This document shows, piece by piece, positions 12,661 through 26,683 of a stretch of DNA of 64,000 nucleotides. The position numbers and the translations under genes are program-made. The stretch lies in assembly GCF_009914755.1 (NCBI RefSeq), contig NC_060933.1; one strand, given 5' to 3'. The DNA comes from the human T2T-CHM13v2.0 reference genome, Homo sapiens. How positions within the stretch are numbered: the first letter of the stretch is position 1; each line of letters opens with the position of its first letter. The notes below the pieces were generated by a model that saw nothing but the letters and a program-made list of their open reading frames with translations, was not told the DNA's origin and did not search any database.

Positions 12661-13062
12661 TAAGAGAAACACCAGACAAGCCCAAATTTAAGAACATTTC
12701 ACAAAATAACTGACCAGTCCTCTTCAAACCAGTCAAGGTCATAAAAGACAAAAGCTGAGCAACTGTTCCAGATTAGCCAAGACTAAGCAGACATGACAAT
12801 TCAATGTGGATCCTTCATGAGATCCTGAACCCGAAAAGGGTCACTCATGGGAAAACTGGCAGAATTCAAATAGAGTCTGTAGATTAGTTCATAATGTTGC
12901 ATCAATGTTAATTTCCTGATACTGGTAAGTATGCCACAGTAATGCAAAATGTTAACACTAGGGGATATATGGGAACTCGCTATATTGTTTTTGCACCTTT
13001 CCTGTATGTTTAAAATTATTTCAAAATAAAAAGGCTTTAAATATATATATATATATATATCA

Positions 13063-13230
<168 letters not shown>

Positions 13231-13240
13231 TCATGATTTA

Positions 13241-13366
13241 TCTTTTTTTAGAGACAAGGTCTTACTAAGTTGTCCAAGTTTATCTCAAATTCCTGGGCTT
13301 AAGCAATCCTCCCATCTCAGTCTCCCAAAGTGCTGGGATTACAGGCATGAGCCACCACTCCCATCC
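13241..13366 (-). mobile_element. FLAM monomer with perfect 15-bp TSD
   Basis: TTGGATCATGATTTA at 13226-13240 and 13367-13381. Confidence 0.82.
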
Positions 13367-15848
13367 TTGGATCATGATTTAAACAAATTATTTCAAACAA
13401 TTGTTTTTAATGAGACAATCAGGGAAATCTAAACATTTATTGGTTATTTGGTAATTTTAAGAGATTACTACCCTTTTTAATGTGAAAATGGTACTTTTTA
13501 AAGCATACTGAAATACTGATAAAGTAGTATGTCTGGGAATTGCTTAAAATAATTCAGTGTTGAAAAGGAGGGAGTGAGGGGGAGGGCAGAGATGACACAA
13601 GATTAGCTCTCAGTTTGTGATGGCTAATGCTGGGAGACAAACACATAGGGGTTCAATGTACTATTCTCTCTCCTTTTGTGGGTATTTGAATTTTCCATAA
13701 TGAGCAGGGGTTTTTTTTTTAAAGGTACTTATTAGAAACCTGCAAGAAGTATCAGAACACATGATTATAGATGATTTTTTTAATTGTGTTATTCTTTTCT
13801 TAATTTTAAAATATTTCACACTAAGCAGACACTACATTCATAATTGGTAAAGTAACATTTTTTTAAATGCTTTAAAAATTGTTAATTTTTTTCTTGGGCA
13901 AAAAGATGATGATGAGATTGCCCTAAACCTTTACTCCAAACAGCCAGACCAAGAACCTATCATGAATTATAAATGGCAGTAAATAGAAATTCAATTCTGG
14001 AGAAGGAAAGAAAGGGTTTTTTATATTATTATACAAATGATACTAAAGCAACATTAACAGAATTCTAAAGCTAAAGAACAAAAACATTCCCCCAAAATAC
14101 AGTCATGGCAATATATTAAACCATTTTCAAACAGTAGGTGCTCCTTTCAGTTCTTGTCCATCTGCAGCCCTAATTTTTATACAGTTTTTAAGTTTGGTAT
14201 GGACTTTACCCCATTTCACTTTACTCCATTATACTATATGGCCTACAAAGAGCATAGAGCAATTAATTAATGATAACATAAAAGAACAATTAAACAAAAA
14301 GAAAAGTTTAAGAGAATAAAGTCAAGAAAAGTTTTTTGTTTTGTTTCATTTAAAGTACAGAGATGAGAATGGTCTAGAGAGCTGCTATAATACGGAGCTT
14401 CCAACTTGGCTCTGCTCATCCTTTTAGTCTAAAGGAAAGGCGGGACAGGTGGCGAGGCAGTGCCTAAAGTGAAAGATACCACATGATCGTTATGCTGACC
14501 AATTTTAATGCATATCTCTTAGGTCACTTAACTACTTTCCCACTGTCACCAACTGTTTGCTAGTACAGAAAATACAAAAAGGAAGAGCTGTGAGCATAAA
14601 ACAAGTTTTTTTTTTCTAACTTCTGATTTGTTTTCTTAGGCTAAATCCCCAAAAGTAGAATTACTAGGCCTAAGGGTAAGCATGTTTTCAGAATTCTTTC
14701 TACAATGTGACAAACTTCCTTCCAAAAACACAGTGGCAAAAATGCAATCACCAAGTGGGAGTTTTTTGTTGCACCACATCCTCACCAGCACTGATATTTT
14801 CTTAAATGTTTGCTAATTTAATTGGTATAAAAAGGTTCTTCACAAGTGTTTGAATTTGCATTCTTTGATTGCCAATCATGCTTCTATATATTTGACTATT
14901 GTTTGAATTTCTCCTTGTGCAAATTGTCCTTGTGGGCCATGAATGAAAATAGTTTCAAGGAGAGTCATAATGAAAAGCTGATCTCTCAAGAATCACCCAA
15001 GGTGTACATACACAAACATACACACATAAGCTCATTTTCCCCCTACATTACAAAATCTACCAGGGCAAGGTCTAGCTACCATACTAATGCCATTAGAGAA
15101 GAGGCTGATTATGAGGGTTCACCTTTCAAATGGATATCATCATGTTTTTGCCTTCCTGATTGTGTTTTGCTGGCCGGTGACTGCTCAGAAACAGTCAATA
15201 CAACCAGGGCCAGAAGAGCGGCTGTGGCTAAAGAACGGGTACTGAGTGGAGTAAGGGGGGGCCTGGGAACTCCCATACCTGAAAATTCCTACACCTGGGA
15301 GCTCCCACATCCGGGTTCTATTAATAATAGATGCTACTGTGTGTCAAGCACCTACCATTGTTCCAGGCAAGGTGCTAGACACTTTCATAATGAGGCATTT
15401 ACTCTTCACAACATACGATGGCCCACAAGGCCCCCATCAGCTAGACCCCCCTGACCTCGCTGCCCTCTTCTCCTGTGGCTCTCCGCAGCCAGTTCTGCTC
15501 CAGCAACCCTGGCTGTCTTGCCGTTCCTCTTACACACCAGGTCAGAGCCCTTAAGCCTGCTGCTCTACCTGGAAAGTTCTCCAGGTTGCTCCCTTACTTT
15601 CTTCAAGTGTGTGCTCAGCCATCATCTTCTCAGACCAGTCTTCCCTGACCATCCACCTTACTCTCCATATTCCTTCCCTTCACCACTTGCCCCATGGAAC
15701 CTCCTAATATAGTATTTAATTTATATGTGTATTTTGCTTGCAGTTTTCCCACCAGAATGCAAGTTCCATGAGGGCAGGGAATTTTGTGTATTTTGTTTGC
15801 TGCTATATCTCCAGCACCTAGAATGGTACCTGGCACATAGCAGACACT

Positions 15849-16215
15849 GTGGCAGATTAAACATAGCCATAAATTATTTGACTTCCCTTCCATCAAGAGG
15901 TGTGGAGTCTATGTCCCCTCCTATTGAATCTGGGCAGCATAGCACCTGCTGTGACCATGAGAATACGGCAGAAGTGACACTATGTCAGTTTCTGTTCTTT
16001 CCAGCCATCCCCGACAAGGTACCAGACATATGAGTGAAGAATCATGGACCCTCCAGTCCACCCCATCCACCAGCTGAAGACCATGAGTAACCTGGGCCAC
16101 ATGGAGCAGAATACCCAGCTATGCCCTGCCCAAGTCCTTGGCTCGCAAACTCATTAGGTATAATGAAATGATTGTTGTTTTGGGGTAATTTGTTATGCAG
16201 CAATAGATATCAAGG
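15849..16215 (+). mobile_element. Old MLT1 LTR inserted in the 3' end of an L2
   Basis: TGTGGCAGA start, ...GGGGTAATTTGTTATGCAGCAATAGA end. L2 tail sequence on both sides. Confidence 0.65.
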
Positions 16216-19200
16216 AAAGCACTCAATAAGCATCTGTTGGATGACTGAATAAATTAAGGAATGAGATGGATGGGACTGCTCCCATTTTATGAATGAGGAA
16301 ACAGGCTGAGACAGGTAATTTGCCTAAGATCACAGTCACCAAGGGACAGCACCTGCCTTATTCCAGGTCTCTCTCATTCCAAATCTTCTCAGTTCGCCTC
16401 CACACCATGGTTTAGATCTCTTTTGCATGACTCACTAACACAATGATCCCAGTCCACTTAACGTATATCTAATACTCACTTTTAGAAATCTTCCCCTGAA
16501 AAATGCTGTGAAGAATAACTATAAAACCTGTGTTAAGCCAGCCATTTAGGTACACCTTTAAATTCACAATAAATGTGTATGTCATCCTAGAAAGATCGTG
16601 CACACCCGTTAATTCTAAAAATGTTCACGTATCATGCTGAGTAAAGAGTGTGCACTTTTCCTGTGCACAGTAATTACAGGTCCACTTACCTCATTTCCGA
16701 GATTCAGTTTCCTCCTCTATACAAACGACTATCAGAACCATATTTTGATGTCTGGTTCAAGTTCCAGTGTATGTATGTGTATTCAGCAACCATTTATTCC
16801 ATGCTCCTTTTAATTTCCTTTTAATTTTTAATTCAGCTACCTAGGTTAAGAACGTCTTACACGGCTTAAGCAATAAGGGCTACTAACGTGCCACATTTCT
16901 CCCACAAATCCCCTAACAGAGTTGACAACGTGAAAATGACCTGTTACAGAATTCCACAAAGGACATGTAGTTTTGTCATTCCCCAAGATTTGTAGTTTTG
17001 TCATTCCCCAAGATTAGGAGTTCTTAACCTAAGGTCCATTGACTGGGCCAGGGATCCTATGCAAATTTGTATGCGTGTACATTTGCGGTCGGGGGTCAGG
17101 TAGAAGGCCCACAGCATCAACAGAACCTTGGGGAAAGTTAGGATACCAAAGAGTATAGACCGCTTCTCTTATTTTACTCATTAGTTATGGAAACCACCAT
17201 TTACTGAGCACCAGCTATGAACCAAACACAGGCCAAGGCATTTTTACACAAAACATCTCAAACCCTAATGACTGCCTACATGGTAAGTATTATTAGTCCT
17301 GTTTTTACAGAAAGAGAACTAAGGCCCACAGAGGTTGAGATATTTTCACAAAGCTTTACAAAAGCTCTAGTAAGTTCTAGTGCTGAAATCCAAACCCCAG
17401 TCAGTGTGACCCCAAATTCTGTGCTTTTTCCACCCAAATGTGCTATTGTTAAGGCTAAAGAAAACATAAAACCACTCTGTGACATAGGCTTCCACTAGCC
17501 AATAATTTCAATACCTGAAATTAATTTATCATTTCTTAAGGACTTGGATTGATGGACTCTCTAGCCTGAGACTGAGGCCCTCCTTCTAATGAATGGGGCA
17601 GAACCAAGCACCTTCAACCTCATATGAAGAGCAGTCAAAGAAAGTTTAAAGCAAAATGACCATAGGGGGAGGGCAGGTTTGTGTGCAGAGATGGCCCTGA
17701 AGAAGAGTGCTGCCATGGCAACACAAAGACAGCAGACAGGCTCATGCACTTGCCACCAGTGGGGTTCTAATAAATGTTTTGGGGAGGCATGGAGATGGCA
17801 TGTCTTGCCTGAGTACAACAATCAGAACTGAAAATTGATCATCTTGGGTGGTTTTTCCAAACCTCCTTCGATATTCCTGGACTGTGAAAACAGACAGCCC
17901 TAGTCTTGAATCCTGCCTCTACTGCTAACTGGCAGTGTGACCAGAGATGGATAACTTAAATCTTTCTGAGTGTTTCCTTTCCGGTAAATGAAGACAATAA
18001 TGCAAACTCCCAGGGTCCTTGGAGGTCTGGAGGAGAGAATGCACAATGGGAGCCCAGCACAGAAGCTAATGCAGAGCAAATGAAGCCGTGTCACCTCTCT
18101 CTGTCCCCACATACAACCCCCAGACTGATCCTCACTACCCGGTTTCCTCACATGGCCATGGCATCACCACCACCACCACCACCCCACAACAAGGTTCAGC
18201 TCTTGCCCCTCCCTCTCACAGGCATCTTGTCATCCAACAGTTAACCCAGGCCTTAAGGTGTGGCACGCCCTCAACACAGAGCACCTGGGAGATGAAAAGC
18301 GAGGATTTGGTGCTTTTCATGGCCAAGAGTGTCCAAATCCTACCCTGTCAATCACTCCTGCTATCCCCAGAGTTCTCAAAGGAGTTATACACAACAATAG
18401 CAGAATGGGGAATCAAAGTACAATTCTGTGACAATTTCATATCCAGATAAGTGCTTTCTGATAAAATTAAGGGTTTGGGGTAGTTGATGTTGTTACTGTT
18501 TGGGAAAAGGGAGGGTGTGTGCAGCTTAGGGAGCTGCCCAGGTTCTCTTATTCAAGTAGAAGTAGAAGTGCACAAAGATGACTGATGAGGAAATGAGGGA
18601 GTTGGCCTGCCCAGCAAAGACTAGGCCTGGCTACATCTGGAGCAGGAAAGCAAAAGAATCTGGAACTTGGGTTCTTATAACTCACCCATTAACAAGAATG
18701 GCCCCCAAAATATCCTGAACTCTCATCACTCAGATTAGTAACTCCTCCCTCCTTAATTATAAAGGAAGAAGGGTAGAAGCTGCAGTACTAAGAAAGGTAT
18801 TCCTCCCGCCAGACAGCTCCCTACCCCGCATCCCACTGCCTCTGCCTTCTTCAGAACTCAGCTCCCAGCCAGTCAGCTGCAACAGCTTCCTAACTGGTCT
18901 TGCTGCTTCTGGGTTCACCCCACTAAACCACATGTAGACCTCTGATCATTACGTCTCTGCTCGGCATCCTTCATTGACTCCAAGTTAACTGCAGAATGAA
19001 GCTACCCTACGAGGAGTCTACTCAAGGCTCCTACTAGTGGGCTTCAGCTTACGTTTCAGCTTTATCTGCAACCAGTCCCCTTCATCCAACCACTTCATTA
19101 ACATACTTTCAGGCTCTCTGCCTGTATCTACCAGTCCCCTCCACCTGGAAAAAGTACAAATTCCCTCCAGTTCCACCTAGAGAAAGCATGCTATCCTTCA

Positions 19201-19378
19201 AGGCCCAATTCAAGTGCCATCTCTTCCACAAGGCCCAATTTGATTACTCAGGCCATCACCAATCATCCTCATAAAATACCACCCAACATTTTCTTCTATA
19301 AACTCTATGACATTTAGGAGAGTGCTGGGCACTTTACCCATCACCTCACTCAACTCTCACAACCCTATGAAGCAGGTA

Positions 19379-21644
19379 CAGGCATAGCTCATTTCATTGT
19401 GCTCTGCTCTACTGCACTTCACAGAGATTTTGTATTTTACAAATTCAAGGTCTGCAGCAACCCTGCATCAACCAAGTCTGTCAGCATCACTTTTCCAACA
19501 GCATGTGTTCATTTCGTGTCTCTGTGTCGCCTTTTGGTAATTCTTGCAATATGTCAAACTTTTTCACTATTAGTATCTGTTATGGTGATCAGTGATCTTT
19601 GATATTCCTATTCCAGTTGTTTGGCAGTGCCTCAAATCACACCCATATAAGACGGCAAACTTAACGGATAAAAGTGTATTCCAAGAGCTCCACCAACTGG
19701 CCATTCCCTGTCTCCTTCCCTCTCCTCATGCCTCCCTATGCCCTATGATACAACAAAATTGAAATTAGGCCAGTGAATAACCCTATAATGGCTTCTAAGT
19801 ATTCAAGTGAAAGGAAGAGTCACATGTCTCTCACTTTTTAAATCAAAAGCTAGAAATGATTAAGCTTAGTGAGGAAGGCATGTCAAAAGTCAATAGAGCC
19901 AAAAGCTAGGCCTCTTGCACCAGTTAGCCAAACTGTGAATGCAAAGAAAAAATTCTTGAAGGAAATTAAAAGTGCTACTCCAGTGAACACATGAATGGTA
20001 AGAAAGCTAAACAGCCTTGCTGATATGGAGAAAGTTGTGGTCTGAATAGATCAAACCAGTCACAATATTCCCTTAAGCCAAAGTCTAATCCAGAGCAAAG
20101 CCTTAACTCTCTTCAATTCTATGAAAGCTAAGAGAGGTGAAGAAGCTGCAAAAAGAAAAAACAAAAATTGAAGCTAGCAGAGGTTGGTTCCTGAGGTTTA
20201 AGGAAATAAGTCATCTAAGTAACATAAAAGTGTAAGGTAAAGTTACAAGTGCTGATGTAGAAGCTGCAGTAAGTCATCCAAGAGATCTAAGATAACTGAT
20301 GGAGGTAGCTACACTAAACAGGTTTTCAATGCAGATGAAACAGCCTTACATTGGAAGAAGATGCCATCTAGGAGTTTCATAGCTAAAGAGGAGCAGTCAA
20401 TGTCTGGCTTCAAAACTTCAAAGGACAGGGTGACTTCCTTATTAGGGGCTAATGCAGCTGGTAACTTTAACTGGAAGCCAGTGCTCACTTATGATTCCAG
20501 AACTCCTTAAAAATTATGCAAAATCTACTCTATCTGTGCTCTACAATGGAACAACAAAGCCTAAATGACAGCACATCTGTTTACGGCATGGTTTACTGAA
20601 TATTTCAAGCCTACTGTTGAGACCTACTGTTCAGAAACAAAGATTCCTTTAAAAATATTACTGCTCATTGACAATGCACCTGGTCATCCAAGAGCTCTGA
20701 TGGAGATGTACAAGAAGATGAATGTTGTTTTCATGCCTGCTAACACAACATCCATTCCGCAACCCACAGATCAAGGAGTAATTTTAACTTTTCAAGTCTT
20801 TAAAAAATACATCTGTAAAGAGTGATTCCTCTGATGGATCTGGGCAAAGTAAATGGAAAACCTTTTGGAAAGGATTCATCATTCTAAATGCCCTTAAGAA
20901 CATTTGTGATTCATGAGAAGGGTCAAAATACCAACATTACAGGAGTTTGGAAGAATTTGATTCCAACCCTCATGGATGACTTTGAGGGATTCAAGACTTT
21001 ACTTCACTGCTAATGTGGTGGAAATAGCAAGAGAACTAGAAGTGGGGTCTAAAGATGTGACTGAATTGCTGCAATCTCATGATAAAGCTTGAACAGATAC
21101 GGAATTACTTCTTATGAATGGGCAAAGAAAGTAGTTTGTTGAGATGGAAACTTCTCCATCTCAAGATGCTGTGAACATTGTTGAAATGACAACAAAAGAC
21201 TTAGAATATTATGTAAACTTAGTTGATAAAGCAGTAGCAGGGTTTGAGAGGACTGACTCCAGTTTTGAAAGAAGTTCTACTGTGGGTAAAATGCTACAAA
21301 CAGCATTACATGCCATAGAGAAATATTTTGTGAAAGGAAGAGTTAATCAACGTGGCAAACTTCATTCTTGCAGCAACCACCACCCTGATCAGTCAGCAGC
21401 CATTAACATTGAGGCAAGACCTTCCACCAAGAAAGATTACAACTAGCTGAAGGTTCTGATGATCATTAGTATTTCTGGCAGTATTTTTAATTCAGGTATG
21501 TATGTTGTTATTTTAGATGTAATGCTGTTGCACACATAATAGGCCACAGTATAGTGTTAACATAACTTTTATATTCACTGGAAAACCAAAAAATTCGTAA
21601 GACTCGCTTTATTCCAATCCCTAATATCTCCTGAGGGACGTCTG
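19379..21644 (+). mobile_element. Tigger1 (TcMar-Tigger DNA transposon), near full length, decayed transposase
   Basis: CAGGCATAGCTC... start and ...GAGGGACGTCTG end, each flanked by TA. Transposase fragments in ORFs 20565..20825 ([18 protein letters not shown]) and 21144..21446. Splits a MIR. Confidence 0.93.
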
Positions 21645-22229
21645 TACCTTAATTATACCCATTTTACCAATCAGAAAACTGAAGTTCAAAGACTTCAAGC
21701 AACTTAACCAAAGCAACATAGGTAAAAAATAGTAGAAGCAGGATTTGAAACCAGGTCTACCTGCATTCTTTTTACTCTACCAGTGGTTTTACAAGCCAAA
21801 TCCAAGAAGCTCTAGGATTAGGAATACCCAAACCTGGTTGGATATCAGTACCCTCTAACTACATGTTCTTGGGCCTTCCTCTAGAAATTGACTCAGTAGC
21901 TTAGGGAAGACCACAGAAAATTATATTTTATTTCAATAAAAAAAGCCACCATCCTAAGGAATCTGCAGAGCCCCCCGGGTGCATCTGTTTTATTTGCTTC
22001 TGAACAAAGGGTTTACACAGGAAAAAAAAGAACCCTATCCTACACCAGACTACTGCCTTGATTTAAAGTTAGTGCTGCCACAGCAAGACCTGTATGATGA
22101 TGTCAACTAATGGCCTCAATTTCTACACTAATGGGCAATTTTCCCTTAAGATTCACAGGTGCACTCTGGACCAGCACTGGGCTGAGAGCTGCCTCTGCAT
22201 GGCAGGGTTCTCTTAGAGCAGACTGGCTG

Positions 22230-22232
<3 letters not shown>

Positions 22233-22284
<52 letters not shown>
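22233..22284. repeat. A~30 followed by (TA)~11
   Basis: Direct reading. Confidence 0.95.
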
Positions 22285-25200
22285 GTGGATTGTTTGAAAA
22301 ATAACATGTTCTAAAATCTTAGAATCACATTAGAAATGAAAAGCCAAGCCCTCACACTTCCTCCTCCAGCCAGCTAGTTTTGTTTTATCTCTGGCCAGAT
22401 GGAGAATGAGAAGGTTCTCATCCATCAAATTTCCACCTTATCAGGTTTCACTGCGAGAAAGCTTGTCAAAGTGCTCAGTGGTTACCTTTAAATATACAAA
22501 GGAAATTTCTCCACAATCTTAATGAGGAAGAGATACTCTGTGATGTAAGGAGAATTTCCAGAATTAGTAGGTGAGAGCACTGTTCAAGCCACGTTTTGTG
22601 GAGCCTCATTGCTCCTGCAGGCTGTGGCGGAAACAGATGATGTGTGGAGGTGGGTGCCAGGCCTCCTACCTCACTTCACCCTGAGCAGCTCCACTTCTGT
22701 GTTTTCTCTCCATAACAGTTCATTCAAACAAATAATTCATATGCTGGGGGAAAAAAACTTAGAGGCCACCAGAATGAAACAGTCCTTGGCATACAGAACT
22801 AACAAACATGTGCCTCACCTAACAGTATGGTGCTAGCTGTGATGACTGCACAAGTTCTGAGCAAAGGGCTTGATGTAGCTTTCACCAGTTGCCCCCTTCT
22901 CCAGCCCCACTCACTGTTCCCCATGAGCCAGGCTCATTCATGGACCCCAAACCTTGGCACAGGCCTTCCTGCTACCAGGAATGCATTCCCACCTCCCATT
23001 CCCCCAGGCAAACAGCTACCTATCCTTCAAGTCTCAGCTCAAATCCACTTCCTCTGTGAAGCCTTCCCTCCCTCCCTCTCTGGTCTATTAGCACAGTTCC
23101 ATTCTTTGTGCTTCCAAAGCATTCGGTCCATTCCACTATCAGGACTTATCATGCTATATTTTAATTAGCTCTTTGTATTTCTATGCTATTTCTTCACTAG
23201 ATTCCTTCAGAGACTGTGTATGATTTTATTCGGTCCTGTACTCCTAGTGCCCAGGACAGAGCCTGGCACAGAAATGATAAAATGAGAGGGTGACATAAGG
23301 GAAAGTCTCCCTGTTTGTGCCCCATGGAGATTACAGCAATTCCATATAAAAACTGTTGGGGACAGCCTTTTAAAACAGCTTTAACAGCAGCCCCAGGTAT
23401 GAGCCACTGAGATTCTCCAGAGTTTCTCAATAGCAGAGCGCTCCGACTCCCTTCTTATAGGGATCAATCAGCTGGAAAGGAACAGACAAGCACTTTCTTC
23501 AGAGGAGAGGTTACTATTGATCAAGGAAGAAATTTATAGCTTTGGTGACTTGGCTGGTAAAAGGGCAGACAACATTTATTAATCAACACCGTCTGGTAGA
23601 TTCTAGCAGGTGATGGTTTGTCATTCAAAGTCCTGAGCCAGCACCTGCCACACAATTAAAAGCAGGAAAACAGGAAAGAAAAGAAGGAATCGGATACACT
23701 GAGCATCAACTTCTCTGTGCCAGGAACCACGGTAGGCATTTTCTCACACATTACATTTTACTATTCATTTGTTTAATCCTAAAATAGATATCATCAACCC
23801 CACTTTAGGGGAGTGAACATAAGTTTAATGAGTTTAAGCTGTTGGCTTAGAAGTTAAGCACTTGTAAGTGAAGCTGAGATTGCAACCCAAGTTGAGAACT
23901 ATTTTCCACTATTCCAAAGATGGCCACTGAAATTGCTACGTTTCTAGTGCCCGAGGCCAAGGCATCATCATCAAAATAGCTACCAATTATTGCTCATTTA
24001 TGATGTGTCAAGTATTATGCTAAGTGTCACTCCCTCTCTCAGATAAACCTAACAACTAATCGCTATTATTCTGATAAGAAATGGGCATACTATGGTTCGA
24101 AGAGGCAAACTTGCTGGTTCACAGTTCAACAACTAGTAAGTAATGGAGCCAGGACTCCAAACCAGTTTGACTCGTGTTTCTGGCTTCAGGCTTCTTCCAA
24201 CATAGGTCATTTAAACTGCACATTATTCTATAAAGAGACCAACTCAAAACTTTCACACCTAATACACACACACACACACACATATATATACATTTTTTTT
24301 TAGGGCAAGAGGAGCTTTGGCCATTAGTAAAAAATATAGTACCTCAGATCTGTGGTCTTAGCCCTAACCAACCAGCCTGTAGAGACACTGTCTCCAAATG
24401 CCATGTTTTGATTCTGATTTACCAAGAGATGTTCTAAATGCTGTCACAATCTCATTTGGAGATATCCATCAATGAGTACATGTGAGAACTGGGAGGTTCA
24501 GGCTGAACTACCCTGAAATTAAACCCACTCCTGTCAAAGCACATGGGATTAGCCAGCTGGGTGACCGGTACGACTTTAATTAGATTTTTGGGCTTTAGCC
24601 AGCAAATGCATCCCCACAGAGCTAAGGGCCCAGGTACTGAAGCACACACTTGTCAGGGTAGCGGATGACGGGTCTCATAACAGATGAAAGCATTCTGAAA
24701 TAGTCTGGGGAATATGGCCAAGGCAATGTCTAATATATGTTGCTTATAAAGGAGAACAAAAAAACCTTAGCTTGCTTCTCTCCCACACCCACCCTGAGTA
24801 GAATACCAAGCGCCTGAACCAGAGAGAGTGCACCTAAAATAAAGATTTCCCTCACCCTTCACCAAACACACACATTCATGCACATGTGCACACTCACACA
24901 CACTAAAAGGAGAGCCCAGGTTTCTGGGCTCTGACAATGTATCAAACTCAGATGTATGAAGGCAGAGATGTGAGGATCCAAGCAGCATCCCTGTTACCAA
25001 CCTCAAGAGTAGGACACTTTAAACATCCCAGTTAGGGCATAGACTTGGGAACACTGGGTTTTTTGTTTGTTTTTGCAAAGGTCTCCTGAGTTTCCTTCAA
25101 GGGATATGGGCCCCTTTGGCAGCAGGGAGGTATACTACAATACAGGGGACCTATCTGTGATCCTCACTTTTTCACCTTCTTCACTGTAAATAAGACTACC

Positions 25201-26033
25201 AAAGTAAAAACCAAAGCTTGTATTCATCAGAGCCTAACAATATCATTACAAGTACTCAATAAATGTGTTGAATAAATAAAAAACTGCAAATTACAACACA
25301 TGCTGAGTCAACCGGCACTAGGTCACTGCAATCACAGGCAATTAAAACAAACAAACATGGAGAACTGACTCTCGGGGCTCAACTTCTCAGTGTTCGTGCA
25401 CAATGAGACACAGTGAATTCATAAGCCTCTGATCCAAGCTCAATTTTCAGCAGAAGAATTGCCTCCCTACAAAATGCTAAAGAAGAGGCACAATGAGACT
25501 GGCAATAAATGTTGTTGGCATGAGCAAAGGATGGTTTGATCATATCCAAGAGTAATGGTTGGCTTACCATCAAAATTCAAGAACGCTACAAAAACCAGGA
25601 CTGCTTGATCTGGATCCTGTACATAGGATTTAGGTCAGGGCTCATCTGTAAAACAGGGCTGCAGCATTTCTAACTGATTTTGTAGTTCTTGTCCAAGAAA
25701 AGAGAATAATGGGAAACAGCTAGATATAGTCCCAGGGACTGAAAAGCTTCTACTTTCAAGCTTACTGACTTGGATAACATTGATCTGGCCCCATGCAGAA
25801 TTGCTTTTGTTGAATGGGGTATTGTTGAAGATGCTATAAACTGCTCAAAGTACTCTTTATAAAAGCTCACCAGAGGCAATTCTTTCCTTGGGCCTCAGTG
25901 CCAGCAAAAGCTGTCCTTTTACTTGACATGTTCATCTTACAGACACTGCAGACCTTGTAACTGATTTTCTCTTTTTGCTTTCCCTGCCAGGAGCTACCAG
26001 TTGAATTGTAAGTCCCCCTCTTTAGCACTGTGA

Positions 26034-26352
<319 letters not shown>

Positions 26353-26381
26353 ACAATGTGCATTTTTATATACTCACTCTG

Positions 26382-26683
26382 GGCCACGGGCAGTGGCTCA
26401 CACCTATAATCCTAACACTTTGGGAGGCCAAGGTAGAAGGATTGCCTGAGGCCAGGAATTCAAGACCAGTCTGGGCAACATAGCAAAACCCTTTCTCTAC
26501 AAAAATTTAACAAATTAGCCAGGTGTGGTAGTGCATGTCTATAGTCCCAGCTACTCAGGAGGCTGAGTCAGGAGGATTACTTGAGCCTGAAGGTTTAAGG
26601 CTGCAGTGAGCTAGGATCGTGCCACTACACAACAGCCTGAGTGACAGAGTGAGACCCTGTCTCAAATGAATTAATTAATTAAA
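26382..26683 (+). mobile_element. AluJ
   Basis: Full dimer; TSD ATACTCACTCT. Confidence 0.9.

Noticed and set aside
14846-15454. 202-aa ORF on + strand
   Set aside because: Non-ATG start, spans decayed L1/MIR/L2 pieces, no recognisable domain.
20565-21446. Domesticated TIGD-like transposase gene
   Set aside because: The reading frame is broken by many stops and frameshifts.
25301-25310. TGCTGAGTCA ARE/AP-1-like site
   Set aside because: Single short motif lacking the flanking purine; could be chance.
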